This document shows, one piece after another, positions 54,498-64,000 of a stretch of 64,000 nt of DNA (within the stretch, counting starts at the first letter, position 1; each line of letters begins with the position of its first letter). The stretch is from Eledone cirrhosa (Eukaryota). The notes under the pieces are model-generated. The model was not told the origin of the DNA. It made no database searches and was given only the letters and a program-made list of their open reading frames with translations. Where the stretch lies: the NCBI GenBank assembly GCA_964016885.1, contig OZ024763.1:23250001-23314000 (forward strand), given 5' to 3'. Both the position numbers and the translations under genes were made by a program.

Positions 54498-55428
54498 TAT
54501 GTATATATATATACTTGCATCTAAAAACATTTTTTCCAATTCCAACCCACCCATTCTCAGTCATTCTTCTGATGAAAGACTAGCGTCCGAAACGTTTATC
54601 CCTCTTCCTGCTATTTCAAGCGTTAACCTAATATATTCCTTCCATATACTGTACCGATTGTATTGTTATTTCTGTTTACCTTTTACTTACATACATATAT
54701 ATATATATATATAAATTTTCGCTCTACATGGTTGAATACAATAAATGTAATCTGAGTTTTTCGAATATTAATAATTGGTTCTACTTTTGGCACAAGGCCA
54801 GCAATACCTAGTACATTACTGGTACTTTATTTTATCAACCCCATAAGGATGAAAGGCAAAATTAACCTTGGCGGGATTTGAACTCAGACCATAAAGGGCC
54901 ATAACTCTTTGCTGCAAAAATACATTATTTGTTTATAAATAATTGTTTCTACTTTTGGCACAAGGCCAGCAATTACCAGTGCATTACTGGTACTTTATTT
55001 TATCAACCCCATAAGGATGAAAGGCAAAGTTATCCTCGGCGGGATTTGAACTCAGAATGGCAAGGGCCGTAACTCTATGCATCAAAGCATGGTGTCCGAC
55101 CCTCTACCGCTACTGCATAATGATGCCTATCCTCTACCAACGTATTGAGTACTTTTTTAACTGTGGTCTCCTCCCAATACCCATTGTGAATCCTCCCATA
55201 ATTATATATATCATCATCATCATCATTGATTAACATCTATCTTCCACGCTAGCATGGGTTACATGGGTTTGTCCCAATTAGAGGCAAGTTGGGTTGGGTG
55301 ACCGTGTCTCACTCATATAGGAGAGTTTCTGGCTGGTTTTCTACAGCTGGATGCTCTTCCTAACACCAACCACATTGACAGTGTGGACTGGAAGTTTTGT
55401 GGTACCAACATAATATATATATATACGG

Positions 55429-55459
<31 letters not shown>

Positions 55460-55744
55460 CAAATTATCCTGAGTCAGTTTTCTCGTTGCTTTGGTCCCTG
55501 CGGCTGGCTTACCGGTCGCAATCTTCAATGTGCAAAGCTGTTTAAACGTAATGTTATTACCCTGAGGTAAAATACCTTATTGAGTGCTTAGCTGCACATT
55601 CCGATTGCATTCGTTAGCTTAGCTGCAGCCAGAGCTTCGATTATGCTGTACTTCCATTTGTATATATATATAATATATATACATATATATATATAATATA
55701 TATACATATATATATATAATATATATACATATATATATATGTAT

Positions 55745-56630
55745 GTAAAAGGTAAACAGAAATAACAACACAATCGGTACAGTATATGGAAGGGATATAT
55801 TAGGTTAATGCTTGATATTTAAGGGGATTAAGGGGACGGGCGCGATAGAATTGGAAAAAATGTCCTTAGATAAAAATAATAGGTCCATTCATGTTGACAT
55901 CTCTTGCAAAACTGTTGGTGCTGGCGTTTTGTGTATGATTTGTTTTTTAGAAAAGTGGATGATGGCGCGCGTCTACCTGAAATGGAAAAAAAAACGTTTT
56001 GTAAAAAGACCTATACTTGACCACGTGCGTAAGCATGAGTTTGTGTGTGTGTGTGTGTGTTATTATAGGTCCGTACGAAGCTAAGAAGAGATATGTGTGT
56101 ATATGTGAGTAAAAGAGTGTGTGTGCATGTAAGTACGAAGCTACGAGCAAAGAGAAAGCGATAGGGGTGTGATAATGGACGGGGTATTAGAGAAATTGGG
56201 GAGGTGAGTTGAGTCCAAGAGGGGAATAGGATCCAAGACGGTGAATCAGACTTTTTTCAGTTCTGGTGCACGTGGCCTGTGATCCATGATGTAAAAGGAC
56301 ACTCAGGACTGAAACATGTAGGGAAGAATGACCGGGAGAACAGAAATGATGGACGACAGGAGTATCCAAACCGAGTCGTATGTCCCTCAAATGTTCGGCA
56401 AACCGGTCCGCCATACGGTGTCCTGTTTGTCTGATATATAAAGACCCGCAAAGGGAACATCGGAGGGCATAGACAATGTGGGTGGATGTGCAGGTGAAGG
56501 AATGGCGGATACGGAAAGACCCATTAGGGCCTGTAAGAGTGGTGAGGGTGGAAATAGAGGGACAAGTGCTGTAGCAGGAACGGGAACAAGGATGAGAGAT
56601 GGGTGGAGTCGTGGGAGAGGACGAAAAAGA
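55745..56630 (-). mobile_element. Penelope-like element fragment, second family (GIY-YIG endonuclease plus 3' end)
   Basis: [20 protein letters not shown]...PVVHHF...H....E..LI.RLGSYSPLGLN. Its 3' tail matches 54505-54690(+), which has a degenerate CTGATGA..GAAACGTT motif. Confidence 0.75.
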
Positions 56631-56687
56631 TTTCTATATATATATATATAATATACATATATATATATACACATATATATATACACA

Positions 56688-56718
<31 letters not shown>

Positions 56719-56809
56719 GTGTATATATATACACATACATATCATATAGATATATATATATACATATACATATCATATACATATATATATACATATACAT
56801 AACATTCCC

Positions 56810-59330
56810 CACTTTACCCTGAAGGATCACAAATCCAATTTTCCGAACAACCCCTCTATTCGGCTTATTAACCCTACGAAGTCCGATTTAGGTAGACTTA
56901 GTAAAAGGATTCTTGATAGAATTATACCTGAAATTAGAAGTTTGGCCCCACTTGCACTGTGGAACAATTCTTTTGCGGTGATTGATTGATTCAATGGCAT
57001 ATGTAACAAGGAACATTGCCGTTTTATCCAATTCGACATCAACAATTACTACTCCTCCATCACTTTACCACTTCTCCTTAGAGCTATCAATTTCGCTAAA
57101 ACACTCAAGGATTTCGAAGTTCATGTCATCCTCAATGCCCGTAAGTCGGTGATTAATTTCGACGACTCGGAGGAGGTTACTGATCTTATCGGCCTTTTCC
57201 TTCTTTTCTCTATCAAGGACGAATTCCCCAATGCGGGCGGTGGTTTGTACCGTGATGATGGTCTTTTGACCATGACTAAGTGCGGCCCAGAAAAGAACTC
57301 ACAGCCTTCTTTAAAGGCTTCAACCTCTCTATACAGGTTGAGGCCAACCTCTCGGTCGTTAATTACCTCGACGTTACCCTCAATTTATCGAATGGCTTGT
57401 ATTACCCGTATAGAAAGCCGAATGATATGCTTAATTACATAAGTAAGCATTCCAACCATCCTGCCAGCATAACCAAGTACCTGGTAAGAAACGTTTCGTT
57501 GAGGCTTTCCCGTCTATCTACTAACGAGCATATTTTCAACGACCATTCCACTTATTACAATGAAGCTCTTGCTCGAAGTGGATTTGTCGATAAGGTAGCA
57601 TATACAGAGTACGAGAATAGACCTAGAAGAAATAGATCCCATCGCATTATATGGTATAACCCACCATATAATATGGAGGTGGCCACACCATTAGCTAAGA
57701 TCTTTCTATCCCTTATTATGAAGCATTTTCCCCCTACACATAAATATAGTAAAATTTTTAATAGAAATACTATTAAAATTTCTTACTCTACGACTCCTAA
57801 CCTTGCACATAACATCACAGCTTCAAATTTAGCTAAACTACCTAGCCGTAGGAACACGTGCAACCCTACAATTACTAACTGTAATTGTAGGAATCGGGTT
57901 GATTGCCCCCTTTCCGGGAAATGCCTCTCTAGTAACATTGCCGACAAATGTAAGGTTGAAACACCCACGTCCCGTAGGGCCTACATAGGGTTAACCGCCA
58001 ATAGATTCAAGCAGCGTTTTTACATGCATGCCCATTCTTTTCGTTACCCTCTAAGAAGGAATATGACGTCACTTTCAGCTTATATCTGGACTCTAAAAGA
58101 CAACCACACCCAATATAAGTTACACTGGGAGATCCTAGCTAGGACTAGATCGTATAACGGAAATAAAAGACCATGTGACCTCTGCGCCGCTGAGGCCCTG
58201 GAAATACTCTACGCCATAGACCACATCTTAAACAAAAAATCTGAGGCAATTTCGGCTTGTAAACATAAATTGCACAAAACTTTCCTGTATTACAGCCCCA
58301 CGTTATACCCTAACGGATAGTACGATCTATACGTGGATATTTTACGTCTTGATGTGGTAGCTAAGTATATGTTATGTTTATACCATTACTTATTTGCATA
58401 GGTAAGTATATATTACCTGTATGTTTTGTGAAGGTACGTATACTTTCTCGTACGTATATTTGATTGTATATGTTATGGCGTATATTTTTATATATTCTGG
58501 TATATATGCTTTTGGTTATGTGTATATGGGAGTTTTGCGTCTGTGTAAGTATGCGGGTTCGTACGTATGTTGGGTGTGTGTATATGTGTACTTCATGTTT
58601 TGGTTGACGGTCGTCTCCAAACATTTGTGTATTTACATGTAGGTATGTGTGTGCGCTTGTTATATATGTATTTATTTATTTATATACGTTTATTTAATTA
58701 CTTATTTATTTGTATACACGCACACACACACATATTTATATGTGTGTGGTTTTGTATACCTATGGCGAGTGTTTTCGCGTATGCTTGTGTATGTACGTAT
58801 TTGGATGCGTGTATGTATTTTTTTTATTTCAACTACCTCTGTATTGTATTTTATTTACTTTATTCTTAACTCTGAAGCCGAGAATCATTCGGTTTCCTAG
58901 TTAGAATTTTAGTCTACGACTTCAGCTATACCATTTACGTAGTTTGGTCTTTGCGTGCAATTGTTTTCCACACTCCACATATGACGTATTATCTTCGTTT
59001 TTTCCGTTCATTGCCAGAGAACGTCTCTATGAACTACCTAAGAGAACATTAGTCTACGACCTCTTTTATACCATAAACGTGGTTCTGTCTTTGCGCGTAA
59101 TTGTTTTTCACTGCTCCAAATAATGATGTATTATATTCGTTTTTGCCCGTTCTTAGCCAGGGAACGTTTCCACGAACCAAAGTATCGTCTTCCTGTCTTC
59201 CTCCGGGTGCAACGTTTTTTTAAATATCCAGTTCTGCGTTTACAGATTGACTTTGTTAGTTTCAGAAGATCCCGTTAAGGGTGAAAGCAGCGATTCTTTG
59301 CTTAAACTTTAATCTGTTATTTTAATAAAT
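56810..59330 (+). mobile_element. Penelope-like retroelement (Naiad/Chlamys-like; RT plus C-terminal GIY-YIG), 5'-truncated and disrupted
   Basis: TLKDHK.NF..RLINP.KS, FDI..YY.SI, GLYRDDGL, YLDVTLNL..YRKPN, SNHP, IWYNPPY, KIFNRNTIKISYS, CNCR...CPL.GKCL, YIGLT..FKQRF..H. One TGA (56987), a deletion and a frameshift (~57280). Confidence 0.85.
59258..59308 (+). ncRNA. Variant hammerhead (CAGAAGA core) in Naiad-like PLE 3' terminal repeat
   Basis: AGUUU-CAGAAGA-U CCC guuaa GGG U-GAAA-GCA..UGC-UU-AAACU. The same motif occurs inverted at ~49779-49829. Confidence 0.5.
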
Positions 59331-60178
59331 ATACATATATATCTATACATATACATATCATATACATATATATATACGTATACATATCATATACATATAT
59401 ATATATATACATATGATGATGACGATGATGATATGTATCTATATATCTATATATATACATATATAGAAAGATTTGAATGGATACAGTTTAGTTGAAAGGA
59501 ATTTATTGACACGTGTTTCTATAACAGTTACATAACCTAAAACAGCTGCTATCTACAAACTTTTAGTTATGCAGACATTCAATATTTCAATGTTATTATT
59601 TACTGTCATTTCATCGGAATAATTTTACTGAGGACCTATTTAGTTTTTATAGAGAATATTAGGAGGGAGGGGTGAAGTTGTTAGAAGAATAGTTGAAGGA
59701 GTGGTTTTTCGATAGCAGTGAGAATTCTTGGTGGCAGTGAGTAATTAAATTCCCATCTGTTGTTTTGACATTTTTTATAGAATATATTATTGGTTATTTT
59801 TCTAAATCTATAGAAGGATTAGAGATAGTAAAGATATGCGTGGTTGGTTTTGTGTTTGCACTTAATTAACATTCAGACTTAAATTTTTTTTTCAAGTGTA
59901 CGTATCCTTTCGCCCACGCATTCACACACAAACATATTTGCACACCTCTACAAAATACATATACTCACAATTCACATATTCATACTTACATATATATACA
60001 CATGCATACACATATATATACACACATGTATTCATGTACATACATACGCGCTCATGTGTATACATTTTCATACTCAACTTATCTTTATATACACACGTAT
60101 AGACACACACATATATACATACATACTCTAGTCCATGTGTACACACATACACATACATACACATCCATATACACATAT

Positions 60179-60255
<77 letters not shown>

Positions 60256-60715
60256 AGCACTTTAATACATGAATACACTTACATCTAACTATACACATCA
60301 AACATATATATATATTTACTTATTTATATACATTTTCACATATATATACATACTTATGGACGTTTTTAGACACATTCATTATCGCATATTTGTACTTATT
60401 CTCATCAGCATATCTTTCCATTATTAGTGTGGTAATTTAAGGTTATTAATATATGTTGAGAAGAGATTGTTTTTATATTTTTCTAACTAGATTAAGGTTT
60501 ATATAGTTGGGGGATGTCCCTCTTTTATGTAATATTCGGCTTGTAGTGGGAAAAAAAGGGTTTTAGTTCTGTGACGGCAGAATAATGTTCGTTCAATTCT
60601 GTTATTCAGCAGTTTCTTCTTGTGTGTGATTATGTAATAAATCTCAAGTTTACACAATTTGCAGAAATTTTGGCTCCTGGAAAAGCTTTTCCATATATAT
60701 ATATATATATATATT

Positions 60716-63222
60716 TTACTCAACGCCTACGACAGTAAAGAAGAACAGATAGAGACATTTAACGTAGAAGAGAACTGGGAGTTCCTAAAAAATAACTTAC
60801 TAGAGGCGACGGATGAGGTTTGTGGCTGGAGTAAGACCTCAAGCAGGAGGAGAGTGACTTGGTGGTGGAACAATAAGGTAGATGAAGCAGTCAAGGCCAA
60901 GAGACAGGCATGGAAAGAATGGAAGAACGGGGGGAGCAGGGTACATTACATAGAGACCAAGAGGGAAGCTAGGCGACAAGTATACTTAGCTAGGAGGGAA
61001 GCAGAGGATAGAAAATTCAAGCATGTTTTACAACGTGAGGACCAGAAACAGGAGGTATTCAAGATTGCGAGGCAGTGTGTCAGAGATAGTTGTGATGTCA
61101 TTGGAGAGAAGTGTATCCGGAATGATAAAGGTGAGCTTGCCCTCACAAGTGCTGAGAAGAAAGATGCATGGAAGAGTCATTATGATAGATTACTAAATGA
61201 GGAGAATGCATGGGAAGAAGAGACCCTACCCCACGTAGACCCTATAGAGGGACCAGCAGTACAAGTCAGCGGCAGCGTAGTAAGTAAGGCAATCAGAGAT
61301 ATGAAGATAGGGAAGGCAACCGGTCCATCGGGTATAGCTGCCGAGATGCTGAAGGCATCTGGGTCTGTAGGTCACACTATAACCACACGTATCGTTAACC
61401 AGGTAATACTAGAGGGGGCCATACCAAAAGATTGGTGCAGTAGCATCATTGTCAACTGCTACAAAGGTAAAGGCGATGCACTAGATAGAGGAAACTATAG
61501 AGGTATAAAGTTGATGGACCAGGTCATGAAAGTAACAGAAAGAGTTATAGCACAGCTGATTAGGGACCGGGTGAATATAGACGAGATGCAATTTGGGTTT
61601 GTACCAGGGAAAGGCACCACTGATGCGCTCTTCCTTGTGAGGCAATTACAGGAAAAGTACCTAGCTAAAAGTAAGCCACTCTACTTGGCATTTGTCGACC
61701 TTGAGAAAGCCTTTGACAGAGTTCCACGTGCAGTAATCTGGTGGGCTCTTAGAAAACTAGGAGTAGATGAATGGCTTGTGAAAGCGGTACAAGCCATGTA
61801 TAGGGGAGCAGTCAGCAAAGTTAGGATTGGCAATGAGTATAGCGAGGAATTTAGCGTACAGGTTGGGGTCCACCAGGGCTCTGTTCTTAGCCCTCTCCTG
61901 TTCATCATAGTCCTGCAGGCAATAACGGAGGAGTTTAAGACCGGATGCCCATGGGAACTCCTGTATGCTGATGACCTCGCACTCATAGCTGAATCTATGG
62001 TAGAACTAGAGAATAAATTCCAAACCTGGAAGCAGGGACTAGAGAGAAAGGGCCTCAAAGTCAACATGACAAAGACTAAGGTCCTTATAAGTAGACGAGA
62101 AAACAGAACCCAGATCCCCTCAGGGAAATGGCCTTGCTCAGTATGTAGGAAAGGTGTAGGTAGGAACTCCATTCTTTGCCCCAAATGCAAACAATGGGTA
62201 CACAAGAGATGTAGCGGGATCTCAGGAAGCTTAATTAAGAATGTAGGATTCACATGCAGCAGCTGTGCTGAAACAGCAAGCAAACAGCCACAGGAAACAA
62301 GTACCACCAATCTCTGGGAGGGCCCTGTAGAAACAGTAGACAGCTTCTGCTACCTAGGTGACCGAATTAGCAACGGAGGTGGGTGCTCAGAAAGTACAAT
62401 AACTAGGGTAAGAACGGGATGGAAGAAGTTTAGGGAACTACTACCACTGCTAGCTGCAAAAGGCTTCTCCCTCAGAATGAAAGGCAGACTGTATGATGCG
62501 TGTATCCGAACAGCGATGTTGCATGGTAGTGAGACCTGGGCGCTGAAGGTGGAAGACTTACGTAGATTAGAGAGAAACGAAGCCTGCATGCTCCGATGGA
62601 TGTGTAACAGTAATATACGTGAACGACAAAGCATAAATGAATTGAGAGAGAGACTGAGCATAAGAGGAATCAAATGCTGCGTGCAGGAGAGGCGGTTACG
62701 CTGGTATGGACATGTGATGCGTATGAAGGATGACAGCTGCATAAAAAGGTGCAGAGCACTAGAAGTTGATGGAAACCGCGGAGTGGGGAGACCCAAGATG
62801 ACTTGGGATGAGGTGATAAAAGCCGACCTTACCCAACTACACCTCTCAAAGTCAATGACACACGACCGTGACTTCTGGCGTCACGCAGTAATACAGGGTA
62901 CCCGACCTCCCATGGGTACATGCTGAAGCATATAAACAATATGCCCCCCACCGCAAGGTGGTCGTGGAGGTGCCACGGCAAAAAAGCACCCAGCCCACAC
63001 TGTAAAGTGGACGTGTAGGCGCCACGAAAAAGCACCCAGCACTCACTGTAAATGAGGTTGGTGTTAGGAAGGGCATCCAGCTGTAGAAATCAAGCCAGAT
63101 TAGTTCCTGTATGAGCAAGGCATGGTCAGCCGACCAGACACTGCCCACAACAGGACAACCCGTCTAACCCATGCTAGCGTGGAAGAACGGACGTAAAACG
63201 GTGATGATGATGATGATGATGA
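60716..63222 (+). mobile_element. RTE-clade LINE, 5'-truncated, RT ORF uninterrupted to the stop at 62926; (GAT)n tail
   Basis: GKA.GPSGI..E, KGKGD...NYRGIKL, QFGF, FVDLEKAFDRV, GVHQGSVLSPLLF, YADDL, PHD-like Cys finger, RRLRWYGHV.R, GRP..TW; endonuclease domain absent. Confidence 0.95.
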
Positions 63223-63259
63223 TCTTTGAAATGTTTTGGCCCAGGCCATGTCTAACTTA

Positions 63260-64000
63260 ATAGCACCACCTGGCGAAGTCTTTCAATTCAGGATTTGGGC
63301 ACCATGGCCCATTCGAGAAGAGAATTACTGTTTGCGGAGACATATCCGGGTGTGGGTGGTTTGTCCGGGATTACTTGGAGGAATTTGTCCAAAGACTTCT
63401 TGAATTTTGTGTGGTCAGTTTCTGTTTTGACGTGTCCTGGTGTGATGTTGAAGAGAGCAGGGCCGATTGAGGTGAAATAATTGTGCCGTATTGTTGTTAT
63501 GAGTTGCGATTTAGATTTTTGAATGGGACGGATAGCACGGGGCCCAAGCCTTGGGTGTATCTTGAAGGCGATGCCAACATCATTTGGGCAGTGATGATGG
63601 AACATTTTCCACATCATGCAGATAATATAACGCTCACAGCGACGTTGGAGTGAGTAAAGTTTCAGGTTTTCTAATCGACCCCAGTAGTCAAGGTCTGACA
63701 TGCCATCTATCTTTTTCGTGATTGCCCTTTGAGGAGCTTCAAGTTTCATGATACTTTGTTTCGTGTGGGGAGACCACAGTGGACAACAGTATTCAAGGTG
63801 TGGTCGGGCAAAAGTAGAGAAGAGAAGGATAATGGTGCGGGAATCTCTCGACTGGAAGGTTCTGAGGATCCAGGAACACATTCTGCGGGCCATGTCAACT
63901 TTGCTGCTTATATGCGTGGTCCAGCTTATGTTGCTGTCCACGGTTACTCCCAAGTCTCTGATATTGTTAGATGCCACGAGAGTTTCCCCGGAGGGAAAGG
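63260..64000 (-). mobile_element. CR1/L2-group LINE RT C-terminal region (runs off the window)
   Basis: RDLGV.VD, RPHLEYCCPLWSPH, LKLYSLQRR.ERY, FKKSLDKFL..IPDKP..PGY. Confidence 0.85.

Noticed and set aside
56987-56989. In-frame TGA in the Naiad-like RT as selenocysteine (some Naiad elements are reported to encode selenoproteins)
   Set aside because: It falls at a position normally Trp (I.WF), so TGG>TGA decay is simpler; the copy also has a deletion and a frameshift.

Overview
AT-rich, repeat-dense eukaryotic (animal) genomic DNA. The (TA)n/(CAT)n microsatellite load and the SINE/LINE repertoire resemble a mollusc, most likely an octopod cephalopod (inferred from recalled repeat families, not a database result). 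One spliced host gene can be rebuilt on the + strand (exons 9852-9897, 11692-12091, 19010-19169, 23572-24795, possible alternative last exon 26065-26147). It encodes a ~609-634 aa protein with a divergent N-terminal PTB-like domain and a Ser-rich tail. An inverted duplication (~42.0-42.5 kb and ~45.9-46.45 kb) carries two divergently oriented copies of the same ATG...AAG|GTAAGT first-exon candidate. Most of the rest is transposon-derived: RTE, CR1-type, L1/Tx1 and RLE (HERO-like, R4-like) non-LTR elements, Penelope-like elements (Naiad-like and a second GIY-YIG type), Helitrons, piggyBac/hAT/Tc1 MITEs, tRNA-SINEs and minisatellites. The most striking unannotated signal is about a dozen type I hammerhead-ribozyme motifs from at least four sequence families. 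They show compensatory stem changes and palindromic helix III, and many sit in short fold-back (inverted) repeats embedded in (TA)n tracts, suggesting non-autonomous, ribozyme-bearing Penelope-derived elements. Nearly all ORFs in the supplied track are microsatellite artefacts. All structure calls were made by eye.
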